From positions 25,482,001 to 25,546,000 of the forward strand of contig NC_043002.1 of NCBI RefSeq assembly GCF_006345805.1: a stretch of 64,000 nucleotides of DNA, written 5' to 3'. The notes below the pieces were generated by a model. The model was not told where the DNA came from and made no database searches. It saw only the letters and a program-made list of their open reading frames with translations. A program made the position numbers and the translations under genes. Shown here one piece after another: positions 36,711-52,019 of the stretch. The number at the start of each line of letters is the position of its first letter. The stretch's first letter is position 1. Source of the DNA: Octopus sinensis (Eukaryota).

Positions 36711-37148
36711 AAAAAAGATTTATTTTGATATCTAGTTAAATCTGTGATGAGAATAATGAAGAATGTGGGATATTTCTGTGGGTAGATCCTACAAGTCTTT
36801 AGTTTCTACTTGCTTTTCTGCGGTTCAAAATGGAGTTTTTTCTTCATTTCAAATCTTTCTCCATTTCATTTTTTACCATTTCTAAATGAATTTTCAAAAT
36901 ATAATACTTTATTCTTTGGGGGCACATGTTATAACAGGGATTTTCGTTGAGGACCTTTGGTGCTCAGTGTTCTGTGAATGATGTCATGTGAAAATATCTT
37001 CTGTTTAAGCAGGATGAAAGATTCCACTTTCTGTTTTGGATTCCATTTTATATGATAAATATTTTTGTAACTTCTTGTTTAGCACTAGCTCATCCTTGAG
37101 TTTAGCAAATCTTTGATGAAGGGTTTCCAGTCATGGAAACCCTTCATT

Positions 37149-37226
37149 TTGGATTACATTATTCAATTTTTAATATGGTTATATGTGTCTTGGATTACAT
37201 TATTCAATTTTTAATATGGTTTATAT
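37149..37226. repeat. 41-bp-period local tandem duplication
   Basis: ttggattacattattcaatttttaatatggtt at 37149 and 37190. Confidence 0.9.
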
Positions 37227-38469
37227 GATTGATTTGAGGGAGATCTTTGTTGCTATTTCTGGCAGGCTGATTGCAGGTTTATTTGAGTTGTAGTTTTCAG
37301 TGATACTGATAACGTCAGGTATGTTAGTGTAACTCACTTTTCCATTGATATCTTTGTTTTGTTTCTTTCAACAATGTATAAAGTCTATGAGCAGTTAGCA
37401 AATGTAGATAGTGAATTGACAGTCATTAGAGATAGACTGTTTTTTGATATTTATTCTGACTCTCTGCATTCTGGGTTCAAATTCTACCAAAGTTTGCTTT
37501 ACATCCTTTCAGGGTCAGTAAAAATATAACAGTTTTAATCCATATTGGTGGATTGGCAGAACTCACAGAAAATTGGATTGGATGTCTTGCAGCATTTGTT
37601 CTGATTCTTTACACTCTGAGTTCAAATCCAGCCAAGATCAACTTAGCTTTTCATTTTTCCAGGACCAATAAAAAAAAAAAATGTAGCAATCCAAGGTGGC
37701 AGATTCATGGAATTGTAAGAACATTGGACTGGGTTCCTTGTGGTATTTGTTCTGGCTCTTTGCATTCTAAGTTCAAATCCTGCTATCATCTACTTGGATG
37801 GGAGACTTAATCAGATGCTTGGTTCAACACCACTACCTGGTACCTTGGGTATCTTTAGCAAAGCCCACTTTCTAGCAAACATTTGGGTCAGGCATCTGGT
37901 TTGAGAATACCTTCCCTCCCATTAGTCTTGGAGATCCTGTAAAGAGTCATAAATACAGCCTTTCTTCCCAACTAAAAATAATTTTTTTTAAATGTTCACA
38001 ATGGTAAGGAAATTTTCTGCTTTTAAGTTTCATACATGTCATACAATATTACATTTAAGGTTAATAATTTATCATTTGTAAATGAGCTTATTTCTGGTGT
38101 TAGAGTGAATATGTATTGATTTTAGTGTACTAAAGAGTTTATTGACAAGTGTTTCACTCCAGTTGGCATATCATAATAGTGACTCCTACACTTAACTCAA
38201 AATCTCTAATCTTTGTTTTGAATCCATGCATATACATCCCTTGCTGTCACACTAGAATTAATACAATCACAGTCAATGACAGAATGATCTTAGGGCAGAG
38301 TGGAATGTGGTGAGATATCCAGGAAGCAAGATCTATAAAGTATTGCTGATAAGTATTTAATTCTCTCCATTAATAAGTTTGATGGTGAAGACCTAAGGTC
38401 TAACTTGAGCTACTTAGCAACCAACCAGCATCAAATGCAGAGCCAGTGAAAACATCAGATAATAATTAT

Positions 38470-39100
38470 AGTTTCAGATTTTGGTACAAGGTCAGCAATT
38501 TCAGGGAAGGGGATAAGTTGATGACATTGACCCTGTGCTTGACTGGCACTTATATTATCAAACCCAAAATGCTGAAAGGCAAATTTGACCTTGGTGGAAT
38601 TTGAACTCAGAATATTAAGACAGGTCGTATGCTGTTAAGCATTTTGCCCTGTGTGTTAACAATTTTGCCAGCTCACCACCTATTTCTTTACTACCCACTA
38701 TGGGCTAAACACAGAGAGGACAAACTAGGACAGACAAATGGATTAAGTCGATCATATCGACTCCAGTGCGTAACTGGTACTTATTTAATTGACCCTGAAA
38801 GGATGAAAGGCAAAGTCGACCTCGGCGGAATTTGAACTCAGAATGTAGCGGCAGACGAAATACCGCTAAGCATTTCACCCGGCATACTAACGTTTCTGCC
38901 AGCTCACCACCTTAGCCTGATTTAGGCACAAGGCTTGCAATTTTGAGAATTAGTTGATACAAGTGACACCAGTACTTGGCTCATACTTTACTTTATTGAC
39001 CAAAGATGCATGAAAGTCAGGGGTTTGAACACAAAATGCAAAGAACCAAAACAAATTCTACAAAGCATTTCTGATGATGATTTAATGATTCTGCCAGCTC
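38470..39100 (-). mobile_element. Three adjacent family M SINEs
   Basis: Repeated tggtacttatttaattgaccctgaaaggatgaaaggcaaagtcgacctcggcggaatttgaactcag-type bodies. Confidence 0.8.
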
Positions 39101-40489
39101 GTTGCTTTTATAGTGATAAGAAAAGTTGTATGATAATAGATGTGGTCTGCCCATTCGATACCATGGTGAAATAAAAAGAACATAAGATTAATAAACTCTA
39201 GGATCTTAAGTGGGAAGTAAAAAGACTCTGGAACTTCAAGGAGGTAATGACAATTTCTGTGTCTGAAAATATCACCAAGTGGCTTTCCATAATCAGTGGG
39301 ACAAATAACTTTGTGACAATGCAAAAAGCATGTCTCCTTGGTACAGTTAGAGTCTATGCATTATATATCTGAAAACAAGGGTCATTTCTTGATGCTCAGA
39401 AAACAAAATGGGTAATATCACTAATACCGCAGTTATGCAAATGCAGAATAATAATGATAATGGTGATGATTGTTATCATCATTTTAGCTTCCACTTTTCC
39501 ATGCTTGCATAGGTCAGATAGAATTGGTTGAGGTAGATTTCTATGACTGGATGCCCTTCTTGTTTCCAAGCTAGGTGACATTTCCTCATGGTCAGACATG
39601 TTTTCACAGTAAAAATGGAAATGAATAACATTCATTTATAATTATCATGAGATGTCATGACAAAGAGGACACAAACATACTTATATATACATATATGACA
39701 GGGTTTTTTTTCAGTTTCCATCTACCAAATTCACTCATAGGGCTTTAGTTAGCCTTGGGTGATTTGAGAAGACACTTGTCCAGGTGCCATTTTGTGGGAT
39801 TGAACCCAGAACCATGTAGTTGGGAAGTAAACTTCTTAACCACATAGCTCTGCTGATGATGATAATGGTTTCTATGGGTAATAGATGAGAAATATTGCAA
39901 AGTCAAATTTCCAAAAAATTGGGACTTTAGCAGAATTGATTATGACCTTCATTTCCCCCAAAATACATTGGAGAAATAAAAGTATAGAAAGGGTGAAAGC
40001 AGATGTGTCAGAAGACAGACACATAGGGTCAATCAAGGACACCCCCTTCCCCAATCCAAGTTTCAGCTTAATTATCAAAAGCAAGTACCCTCTCCTGGCT
40101 GCGTGTTTATGGCCTACAGGTGCAGACTGAGAACAAGCTTATTTACCTAAGCCATTCTCACCATACCCCCCCCCCATTTCAGCAACTTCACTCTAGAGTA
40201 GCTTCTCCTTCTCCAGCCTCACTTTTCTCTCCAGTTGGGAGTTGAAGAACTTGATGAGGGATTGGTTAAAAAGGTAAGTCGTCTGCTGCCTCTTGTACTT
40301 TTAATCTTGTCCACCATACAATGTTATTCTTCATTGCTATGGGACAGGAAAACTGACTTTCTTTCCTGACCAAAGCACAGAGCCATAAATTTATGAGGTG
40401 GGTGGGTGAATTTGACTTTAACAACTCTGGTATTTAACTATTTCTTATTTATCAACACCTGATGGATGAAAAGCAAAGATGGTCTCAGT

Positions 40490-40745
40490 AGGAAATAGTA
40501 GTAATAATGTGGATGCCAAAGAAATTGAAAGAAAATTTAAGAAATATCAAGACACAGCCAGAAAAATGAAGAGATTGTGGAAGACTAAGACGACAGTTAT
40601 TTCTGTGGTAATTTGTGCTCTTGGCACAACTCTCAAACTGCTATCTAAGAGCTTGAAAAATACAGGAAATGAGATTCTCATTGTCAACCTGCAGAAAAGT
40701 GCAATCCTCTGTTCTGAGGAAACATGTTGTTACCAAATCTCAAGA
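40490..40745 (+). mobile_element. R4/Dong-like LINE remnant (C-terminus of the restriction-like endonuclease)
   Basis: VDAKEIERKFKKYQDTARKMKRLWKTKTTVISVVICALG...LQKSAIL matches KExEKxxKYQDLxxExxRLW...PVVIGALG...LQK. Confidence 0.75.
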
Positions 40746-41149
40746 TAACATCCCAACTAATTAATTTAGCCTGAAAAAGTCAACTTTAGCAGAATTTGAA
40801 CTTGAAATATAATGATGGATGAAATGGTGCTAAGCATTTTGTTTGATGTGTTACCAATTCTCCCAGCTTGCTGTCTTAATAACTTTCTACTAACATTGAG
40901 AGGAGGTGACAAACTTTTATTTTATTTTCATTGTTTCTTTATAAGTTTTAATTGCTAAGATTGCAATTAAGGGCAGGAGTTGATGAGTTTCATAGCGCAT
41001 TGGAAAATTCTTGGCAAAGTTGAGCTTATGAATCCATTTTCAAATCCTAGCTGCTATTTCATTTAATTTCACTAATAACACAAATTCTCTTAGAAATCTC
41101 ACAATCTTTCTGCCTTGTAGCAGCTCAGTTCCAATATCTTATTAGGAAA

Positions 41150-43340
41150 CAGTAATACTGTTTTACAGGTCTTTAGACTGTGCCTTGAAATCACTAGGTG
41201 AATTATCATTTTGAATATGAGAGTATTGAACAATATACCTTATGGTATTTCTTCCCTGTCTTTTACATTCCGAGTTCAAATCTCACTGAGGTCACCTATG
41301 CTTTTCAAATGTTTTTATAAAATAAAGTACCAGTCAAATGCTAGGGTTGTTATAATTAACTGAGCATTCCCTCAAAATTGCTGGCCTTCTCCCTAATTTA
41401 AAAGCATTTATTATTAATGGACAGGAAGGCTGTGAGTTGGCTGAATCTATTAGCACTGGACAAAATACTGAGTGGCATTTTGTCCGTCTTTATGTTTTGA
41501 GTTCAAATTTTGTTGTGGTCAACTTTGCCTTTCATCCTTTCAGATTAATAAAATAAGTACCAGTTGACCACTGGGGTCGATGTAATCAACTTACCACCTC
41601 CCCCAAAATTGCTGGCCTTGTGCCAAAATTTGAAACCATTACTAATCGGCAATGGATTGGTAGAATCATTAGAACATCAGACAAAAATGTGTTGTGACAT
41701 TTTTTCTGACTTTTTATGTTTTGAGTTCAAATCCTCACAAGGTCAACTTTTCTTTTCATCTCTCTGGGGTTAATGTGTCTGAGGGTATATTTAATTGTCT
41801 TTCTATTAGAATTCTGAGGTTGATTTTTTTTTTTTTGCCTTCCATGTTTCTGTAGTTTATTAAAATAAAATACGAGTCAGATACTAGGGGTTGGTATGTC
41901 AACTACAATTCCTCTTCCAAAATGTGTGTCCTTGTCCCTATTACCAATACAAGATGGTGACCGAATGGCCCAAATTACTATAGTATCTCACAAAATGCCT
42001 GTAAGTTCTTAACTCAACCCCTGCCAAAATTGACTTCATGTCCGTCTAAGTAGGAGGCTGCAGACAATAAAGTTATTATCTATCACATACTTAGATTGAT
42101 ATAATCAACTGTTTCCTTTTCTAGAATTCCTGTAGAAATGGTAAATACACAGCTTTACAATAATTACTCTTCCACCTCCTCCTCACTTTCTTAAATTTAA
42201 CTCCAATAGGGTTGGTTTTGCAGACCGTCCCATCAAAGTTAGGTAGTTAGGCCCTTGGCCTATATTGGTAGGGGCAGAGTCAATCCACTCTAGCTGTTTG
42301 CTACAAATCTATTGCATTGTGCCAAAATTAGAAACTCTTGTTGTTAATGTTGGAAAACTGCTTAATGGTATTTCTTCTGGTTCTTTGCATTCTGAGTTCA
42401 AATCTCACTAAGGTTAACTTTACTTTTTATCCCTCCAGAATTGATTAAATGCATCTCCTTAAAACTGTTGGTCTTGTGCCGAAATCAGAAACCATAATAA
42501 TAATAATAATCCTTTCTACAATAGGTACAAGGCCTGAAATTTTATGGCAGGGGACTAGTTGATATCATCGACCCCAGTGTTACACTGGTACTTAATTTAT
42601 CGACCCTGAAAGGATGAAAGGCAAAGTTGAACTCAGAATGTGAAAACAGATGAAACACCAATAAGCATTTTGCCCGGCATGCTAACGATTCTGCCAGCTC
42701 ACTGCCTTAATAAGAATAAAAGTGTTGGATTGTTGAACCATGAGAGTGTCAGACAAAGTACTTTGCAGTATATAGTTACAGCCTTCTGTCTTTTAAGTTC
42801 AGATTCTGTCAAAATCAACTTTGCCTATCTTCTTTCTAGGGTTAGTAAAATAAAATACTTGTCAGATCCCAGGGTCAATGTAATGACTAACCCCCTTCAC
42901 ACATAATTGAAAAATAAAAATCGTGGCCTTGTGTTTGTTACAAATTATTATAAATTATCATTCCAATGTTAAAAATTTTTAGTAAATGGACAGAGTCATG
43001 AGTGGCTTATATTTTGACTCTTTACATTCTGAGTTCAAATCCCACTATCCCACTAAGGTCAACTTCGCTTTCATCTCTATGGAGTTGATAAAACACCATT
43101 CAAGTACTGCCCTCAAAATTGCTGCTCTTGTTCCTTAATTATAAATCATTATTATTGTTGCTGTTGTTGTTGTTATTGAAATAGAATCAATAGAGCAGTG
43201 GACAATATGCTTCATGGAATTTAGTTATGCCTCTTGCTTTCTGAGTTCTAATCCTGCTGAAGTTAACTTTGTCTTTCTTCCTACCAGAGTCAATAAATTA
43301 AAGTACCAGTCAAAAACTGGGACCTGATCTGATTGACTGT
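41150..43340. mobile_element. Dense field of degraded family M SINEs (mostly +, one clear minus copy at about 42500-42705)
   Basis: At least eight recurrences of gagttcaaat...gtcaactttgcctttcatcc...aagtaccag. Confidence 0.75.
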
Positions 43341-43364
43341 ATGGTTAGTTTACACTATTCCATA

Positions 43365-43580
43365 AGGAGCATAGGGCCAGTTTCTCTGGCATATATATTC
43401 CTTCCTGGATGGGACACTGGTCCATTGGAGGATTGCTCATTTTTACCAGCTGAGTGGACTGGAGCAACATGAAATGAAGTGTTTTGCTTAAGAAAACAAC
43501 ATATTGCCCTGTCCAGGAATCAAAGCCACAATCTTATGATCATGAGTCCAACACTCTAACCACTATGCCATGTGCCACCA
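43365..43580 (-). mobile_element. tRNA-headed SINE with a V-domain-like body
   Basis: Reverse complement ggcacatggcatagtggttagagtgttggactcatgatc...gattcctggacagg...gaccagtgtcccatccagg; V-SINE resemblance is from memory. Confidence 0.6.
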
Positions 43581-45609
43581 CTAATTGACCATACAGCCTC
43601 TTGAAATTTGTGGCTTGTGCCTATGTTGATGGTTTAAACATGAGTTTGGCATGGTCTTGGGGTTCACTCACACACATACATTATATGGCTTTGGGCAGTT
43701 GAGTGCTACATTAAAAGACACCTCTTGCTCAAGATGCTGTGCAATTATATATGTGGTTGGGAAGTCAATGTATGCAATAAAGTGTAAGGCAGTTCATGGT
43801 TAACAAAATAATACAAGTGTAAGAAGAATGTTAACTAGTAAACATGCATAGAAGTACTCAGGCTTAACAATGTTCACATTTTAATGACAATGTTCAGTGT
43901 TAAAATAATATGTTGATGTTAAATTCAACTTTCATTGAAAGTCAACAAACAAAGTTTGCTTTAGAAGCATTGAAAGATACAGATAAAGAAATAATTTTAT
44001 TCTCAAATGCAGGATAATGCTAATAATATAGCATGAACTGGATAATATGTTGATGGTTACCAAATGATGTGTGAGAACACTAATAATGTTTACAAATCCT
44101 AGTATTACTATGTTCTAGAATGTGCCTACATCTATCATTCCAGTGGGGTTGTCAATGTCTACGGAAATAGTTGTGTACTGTTTCAGTTGTGTTAATTATA
44201 AATAGGATGATAGAAATATTTCTTAATTGTCAGTATATATTTAAATTCAACAACAGTATGGGGGTGGTGGGTGAAGGTGCATGACTTAATGGTTAGGGTG
44301 TTGCACATGATTGCAAGATTATGGTTTTGATTCCATCTAGATGAAATAGGTGTCATTGAGTAGGAACAACTCTTCAGTGTAAGTAGCATAGAATTAACCA
44401 AATAGTTTGTCAGCTTGCCATGCTGCGTTCAATTCCTTGCAAGAGTTTGGTGAAGTTGTTCTGGTATTCAATTACAGTCCCCAACCAGATAGTCCCTAAT
44501 CATCAAGGCTCTGGTTCTGATTAAAAGCTGTATATAATGGGTGAAGAGTTTGAACAGTAGTGCATTGCACATTAAATTCTTTATGCACAGATGGACATTT
44601 TCATTGTTCACTTAATATAATCATATTTGCATTTATTTTTAAAAAAATCAATTTTTCAGAAGGTGAGGAAGTGTCACATTCGTGATATTCACAGGGCCTT
44701 TGAAACTGTTGAAGAAAGGGAGAAGAAACCACAGCATATTAGCTATAGCCCAGTCAATGTATATTTATAGGATATCTCATACAGTTTCTATCTACCCAAT
44801 TTTGTTCACACAAGGATTGAATCAACTTGTGACTATAATTGAAAACACTTTCCCAAAGTGGAATCAAACCTAGAATTATGTGATTGTCAAGTGAACTTAA
44901 CTGCATGACCATGTGTATAAGAGAATTGTGTATTTACATGCCACTTTAATAGGGATCAGTGTTTGCAATAAATTGTGTATATATGCATCATGAACATACA
45001 TGCAACATGTTTACAAAAATGTTAGTACTTGTTTTTGAATGGTTCCCAAGAGATCACATTTGTTTTTTGTTATATAAATAACCAGATTTGGTGCTATATA
45101 AGCAATGGTGTAGGTTCAAAATTAAACAGAAGTATGTCAGTTTATGACCTCATGATCCCTGACAATGTTGTTAACAAACTTGTTCTTTTAAAACAAGGGG
45201 TTCTTTATATTATGTAATTGTATTTCATCTCTACATGCCCATATAGTTTTCAGTGTGTATGAATTATATGTACAAATTCCAAAGTGATCTTTAAAATGCA
45301 TTTTAGGTTCAATCAGTTTTTTTTAACTATATTTCTGTTGTATTGTTGAAACATGTTGCCTTTGTTTCTATTAGTTTTGAAAATAATGAAAATTTTAGTA
45401 AGATAACTGTCATTATTTAATTGGTGTTTAGAATACAAACACAAAATTTAAATGAAAAGTTTTAATTTAGATTACTTTAAAACAAGAAGTTTGTATCATA
45501 GAATCAGGAGTAGTTTCAGGCAGGTTGGTGTCAAAAAAGTTAAAGATAATGGCATGCTACAATCAACATCCTGCAAGACTAAATAACTTCTTATAGTATT
45601 TAGTTATGT

Positions 45610-46019
45610 TTACTCTTTTACTCTTTTACTGGTTTCAGTCATTTGACTGCGGCCATGCTGGAGCACCGCCTTTAATCAAGCAACTCGACCCGGGACTTAT
45701 TCTTTGTAAGCCTAGTACTTATTCTATAGGTCTCTTTTGCCGAACCGCTAAGTGACGGGGACGTAAACACACCAGCATCGGTTGTCAAGTGATGTTGGAT
45801 GGGACAAACACAGACACACAAACATACACGCACACATATATATATATACATATATACGACGGGCTTCTTTCAGTTTCTGTCTACCAAATCCACTCACAAG
45901 GCTTTGGTCGGCCCGAGGCTACAGTAGAAGACACTTGCCCAAGGTGCCACACAGTGGGACTGAACCCAGAACCATGTGGTTGGTTAGCAAGCTACTTACC
46001 ACACAGCCACTCCTGCGCC
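45610..46019 (-). mobile_element. Full-length young family S SINE
   Basis: A-box-like TGGCTGTGTGG, B-box-like GGTTCAGTCCC, CORE-like caccttgggcaagt, internal (TA)/(TG)n, (gagtaaaa)n tail. Confidence 0.92.
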
Positions 46020-47659
46020 TCTACATTCTAATTTCAAATCCCACTGGTTTTCAATTTAGAAAGTACTCATCATTTACTAGGGTTTATTCAGTTCAGCTAT
46101 ACATCTGTGTTTTTGTTCTAGGCATCTAGCAAGAAGTATAACTCTGTAGTATGGTTTCAGTCCTCAACTGAAGCCATTTCACTCATAATGCTAATGTCCT
46201 TCAAGGAAGTTTGAATATTAGGATACACAATTTTCTATCCCTCCTAAAACTTGACAAGTATTTAAACCAAGAAAAAAGAAACCAATATTTTCAGGGTGAC
46301 ATGCATTCAATTATTTGGTGTTTACATCATAAATTTAAGAAAATGATCACTTAATGATTTTCCTTTATACAAACTCTTAATATTTTTATGACTGAATGAA
46401 ATTGTAATGAAATTCATTGCCTTTGAATTTCAATAAATTTTGAAAATAATCAAGAATGTAGTAAGGGAATAATTTCATTATTAAACTGCAGTTTAGGATT
46501 AGCAGAATCATTAGAACAGGCAAAATACTTTGTGTTTTTTTTTCTGTTTTTTTTTTTACATTCTGAGTTCAAATCTTGTTGTGAACAACTTTGCCTCCAA
46601 TCCTCTTGGAGTTAATAAAATGAAGTACCAGTTAAGTACTGGTGTCAGTTGTATTGTCTAATTTCCTTTCCCCAAATTCCAGGCCTTATACTTAATGTTA
46701 GAAACAATGATTAAGCTGATGTCTTAAAAAAAGCAATTTAAAAGGGTTTTTGCTTAAACCTGATTGAAGATTTTTAACTCAAATTTGACAATTTTAAGCA
46801 GGCAATCATTTTATCAAAGAACCAGAGGTGATTTCACGTGGTTTGGGAATATTGGAATTAATCTTACATTTTTTACAAGTTTTAAAATATGAAAATATAT
46901 TTATATTCTACAGATTATTTTTGTCTTTTACAATTCATAGTTAAAGCCTGTGAATGCTAGCTTTTTTGTAATGCAATATTAGAAGAGAATTTCAAATTTC
47001 ATAATCTATTATTTATCCAATCTTAATAGTAGGATTGGTAGTGTACTTCACAGTATTTAGTTACATCCTTAAGCTTTGGATTAAAAACCTACTGAGGTTA
47101 ACATTGCCTTTCATCCTTTCAGAGTCAATAATCCTAGACACCAGTCATTGATAAAACCACATATGAAAACGTGTCACCTTGTACCAAGTTAAGATATCAA
47201 TATTTATCAAATCAATACTGTTGACCGTCTTTGACTCAAAAACCTCTGTTAGTCACCAGTTTATAGATGACTCCTATTTAAGAAAGTTTGCTGTTTTATT
47301 AACTTGTTGCATCATTTTTCAAATAATATATTTGTTTACAAATAATAGAATTTCAAGATATTGTTTTTGTTGAGGTTGCTTTGTTTTTACAAGTTTCAAA
47401 GCTATTGTATTGCTCCCTCATTACTGAGTACATAACTGCACTTGTTCTGGTTCATCTAATCGAAAAAACCCCCAAAAAAACATAGTTTGAAGTAAGAAGA
47501 GAATATAACAAAAAAAAAATGCTCTTACAAAATCTCTCTCTGGCCTCAGAATCATAAAATAATGTAAAAACTGTAAAAAAATAAGATAATTCTAACATAC
47601 TGTAATGTAAACTGAATTGGGTCATTAACTAAGGGGGAAACATTTGATCTTTGGTTCCT

Positions 47660-47820
47660 TTATTTTTTTGGTTTTTTAAGGCCAAGGATTTTAACATCAT
47701 CACTTGACTCCTTGGATATTTTTAGTGGAGTCCACGCTGTTGCAAAGTCAGATCTCTCACCTGACGATAACTTCCCCACTAGTTCTTGCCAATCTCGAAG
47801 ACTTCTGAACATGTGGTTGA
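47660..47820 (-). other. Candidate exon of an unidentified gene (VNHMFRSLRDWQELVGKLSSGERSDFATAWTPLKISKESSDDVKILGLKKPKK*)
   Basis: ctattttgttag acceptor; open, non-repetitive reading frame; possible internal donor tcag|gtgaga at 47761; the + strand is also open here, so strand is uncertain. Confidence 0.25.
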
Positions 47821-48039
47821 CTAACAAAATAGAGCTTCTTGTAATAGTTGTGTCAGTTTCTTGCATTCTGAGTTCAAATCCTGTCATGGACTAGATGGGT
47901 TGCAGACTTAACTTATTGCTCAGTTTAATACTGTCACCTTGTCATAAAGTGCTTTTAGCAGAATCCAATCTGTTGCAGGGATTCAAGGTAGGTGTCTGGT
48001 TTGTGGACACTTTCCACTCTTTCCTTCTGTTGTGATGAA

Positions 48040-48240
48040 CGGGTTTTCTTGAGTATGGCAATGTGTTACATATCTTGGTCCTCTGTTATCTCCTTCATGA
48101 GGCTAAGCATTTTGAGATCAGCGTTCAGTACTTCATCCCATGTCTTCCTGGGTTTCCCTCTTTCTCAACTTCCCTCCACTCTAAGTCACTGGCACATTCT
48201 AATGCAACTGTTCTCATTCGTCTGTCTCACATGAGCAAAC
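48040..48240 (-). mobile_element. RTE-clade LINE C-terminal remnant (same type as 6273-7870)
   Basis: Minus-strand RGKPRKTWDEVLNADLKMLSLMKEITEDQDM*HIAILKKTR. Confidence 0.8.
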
Positions 48241-48283
48241 GTGTATGTGTACATATATGTGTGTGTGGATGCATGTATGTGTG

Positions 48284-48317
<34 letters not shown>

Positions 48318-51300
48318 CCACAGTGTAAAAGTTCACTGGTGCATTGTTGTGGTATACTTTAGTCTGTTATACTCTTAATGCACTCTGCATAGAAGCATTT
48401 TCCAAAGGTGTTTCATTGACCAACATAGTATTTAAAATAGTTTCTAATATAGATACAAGGACTGGAATTTGGGTGTGGGGAATAGTTGATTATATCAACC
48501 TTAGTACTTTATTGACACTGAAAAGATTATAGGATAAGTTGAACTTGGCAGGATTGTAACTCAGAATGTAAAAAGTTGTTACTAAATGTTGCAAGACATT
48601 TTGTCTGACATCCTAACAATTCTACCTGTCCACCATAACAAATGTTGAAAATATGAAAAGGAACAAATTTAGAAATGTCTAAGTTACAAATCTTGAATTT
48701 TTGGTTAATGATAAATCCTTTAATCTATCAGATTGAATGCCCCTATGATTCTCCAAATAGAGTGTTTTGGATAAATTCCTTTCCAACATATACTCAGTGG
48801 CCAAGTAGAGTTGGATTCAACATTCAAAGTTAACAAAGCACAATAATTTTACAGTGCTACCATTGCTTGAAATAGTGAAGTGTTTCAGCCCTGTGGTCCC
48901 TATTTACAGATAGGTGGGCTGAACCGTTTAAGAGTTAAATGCCTTGGCCCTTGACAGAAAGCAGTACATGAGCCATCAACAGCTTTGCTGGTTATCTACT
49001 TTCTTGCTGATTTAACCATCTTCTTTGTCAATGTCTGATATGTAAGCCTGTTTCTTTTACTCTTTATATGTGTGTGTAAAGACGTGTATGTATGAATATG
49101 CTTATGTGGATGAATAACTACCAAATGAATCAGTGCTACATTAAATATAATGTATCTGATTCCCTAAGGTCAGTTATTGCAATAAGAATTTCAGTTTTAC
49201 AGGCTATCAATTCCAACTTCACTGATTTTAAGTTTTACACTACATTTTGATTGGTTCAATTTCTGGTTATTTTCAGCTGTCCTAACCATTTTATTACCAT
49301 ATTTCTTTTGAAATACACTATCTGTGTTTCAATTAGTTCTTTATTAAGCTGGTGTTTGTAACATAAATTGACATGAAATTTTGATGGGAATTTTTACTTT
49401 AAATCACTTTGAAACAGGAAGTTCATCTCATATAACAGGGATGGTTTTGGGTAGGTTGGGCTAAAAATAAAGGACTATTCATCATTATCAGAGGTTAGAC
49501 TGTAGAACCTTAATTACCAATACAGAAATAGCAGCTTTATAATTTAAAGATGGTAAGAATTTGAAATAAAGAGTACTGAATTCAAACATATTAACTTTAG
49601 GATTATGGCAATTGGATATAATTAGAAAATGGACCAATCGAAATACAGAGAAAACAAAATACATTTCATGATACTGAATGATTAAATAAATAGTCTGGAA
49701 AAACCAAATTTTCATTAAATTTGAGTAAAATTAGTTTCAACTAAAACTTAAACATAATTATACATGAAACATTTTTATAACATTGAAATATGGGACAAAC
49801 AACGAATGTAAATAAAAAAGGTCATAAAGAATGATGATAGCAATGATGATAATATAATGGACTTCGTTATAAAATAAAGTTTGTTATTTTCTGTTTCATT
49901 TTTATCAAGACAAACTACTTAATGTTCTGGTTTTTATTCATTCATTTATTTGAGTATGTATGGAGGTACAAATGTGTGTGTATGTATGTATATATGTGTG
50001 TGTGTACCAGTTTCTGGTCAATTTCAACACAATCATATATTGAGCATTCTTAAGGATTTGAAAAGAAAATTAAAAAAAGAACAAAAACTGTGTATGAGTG
50101 CTTTGATATTAGATACCTTGTAATCAGTTACAAGTCTTTACATGCGGAATGAACATCTATCTGGATTCAGATTTGCCTTTCATCCTTCCAAGGTTGATGA
50201 AATAAAGAACCAGTAAAATACTGGGATAGGTGAAGTCAACTATATTCCCTAACCCAGAGTCTGTGACATTGTGCCAATGTTTGAAATTATTTTGTCTTAT
50301 AATTTTGTATTCTTCATTTATTTTGTTAGATGTTCACAGTTTTATGTTTGTTTTTATTGCTGTATTATTGTTTTGAGTTCAGCCTGCCAACACGACTGGT
50401 TCTGATTCAAATTTACCAAGACCAGTTCTAGTTTAGTGTACCTGGATGGACTACTGTGCTAAAGTAGCAGGATGTAAAGGCCTTTATGCCTCCACTTTTA
50501 TTGGAAATATTCAGTGTTCTCCATAACAAGAGATGCATGACCAAAACTGAGGCAGCAACTTTGGTTTCAACCTTTAATTGAAGCTTGACACTAATTCACT
50601 TCATCTACACTACTAACAATCATGTGGAAAGGCATGAATGCTACACTTCCTCTATTGGGTCTACTCTAAACTATATAGCCTTGGTACCTTGTCAAAAAGA
50701 AACCATTTTTATTCAGAATGAAAACAGGGGCTTGTTAATGTTGGTTATTTTGTATGTGAAATGCAAAAATTATATTTATATGTACAATAAGTATAAAAAC
50801 AACAAAGAAAAAAGCCATTGTTGTTGACTGTGAAATGGGGATTTATTAATGTTGCTTGTGTGTTTGTAAAGTATGCGTGTGAGAATATGTTCTGGATATT
50901 AATAATTATGTATGAAAATAAGCGTGTTTGTATGAGTGTGTATGAATATTTCTTGACATGAATGGATCAAACTTGTGTTTCTGGTCCCTGCTTGCTATAT
51001 TGTGCAGCTATGCCTCAGTCATGGTTCCAATCGATTATTTCCCTTTGCTGTACAATATGGCTGCTCACCCTTTGCATTTTTTTTTAAACACCCATCTGAT
51101 TGTACAATGAGAGTATATGTCTGTATAATAAGTTTAAAGCTAATTCACTTTTGATAATGGCCATTTTTTTTCCTTGAAAAGACAAAACAAAAGAATGAAG
51201 CTTCCAATTTTAGATATGAGTTGGTAATTATGGTTTTGCTGTGGCTTGCTTTTACGATTTCTGTTTTTATTGTAATTGCATCATAATTCTGATGAAAAAG

Positions 51301-51347
51301 AGAATTATAAATAAAAAAAAACGTGTATGCATGTGTGTATGCATATA

Positions 51348-51392
<45 letters not shown>

Positions 51393-52019
51393 ATTTATAT
51401 ATGAACACAATATCTGTAAGGTTATGATACTGGATTACTGACCACATGGTCATACATCTAATGTTGTGCTCATATCTGATACACCTCCTAACTTTATTGT
51501 AAAGAAAGCCCTACATCAAATTTTATCCTCTCCTCTTCATAACAATTTCCTAATTTGCTTGGCAGACATAAAAAATGGCTTCATAACCTGTAATACATCT
51601 GTCTATATACAGATACAGACTCATGATTATCTAGCTACACATACCGATATGTGTGTGTGAGCTATTACAGAAACTTATCAATTCATAGTACTACTAGTTT
51701 CAAAGCCACACTGAACTGTTGAGTACTTATCATAATAGTTGACTTGTACATTTTTTCATTTGAACAAAATGTTTTACTATGTTGAAGAAAACAGGTGAAA
51801 AGCTCAACTAAGTATGAGTAGTTAGCAGCTTTCAGTGACTTTGAAACTATAAGTAGCATGGATTGACTGTGTTCTATAATCATAAAAATGTGTAAACTGA
51901 TTCTAAGTGAAGTGCTCTTCACTGTGGTATCTGAAACTTGCTCAGTGACTCTGTATGTGTGTGTGTGTGTATATATACAAGGTTGATCACAGGCTGATAT
52001 ATCACAAGATATGAAGACT

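Noticed and set aside
45940-46019. tRNA-like sequences (SINE heads; also 43500-43580 and 61848-61920)
   Set aside because: A/B-box-like motifs are present, but there is no full cloverleaf and they continue into SINE bodies, so they are not called as tRNA genes.
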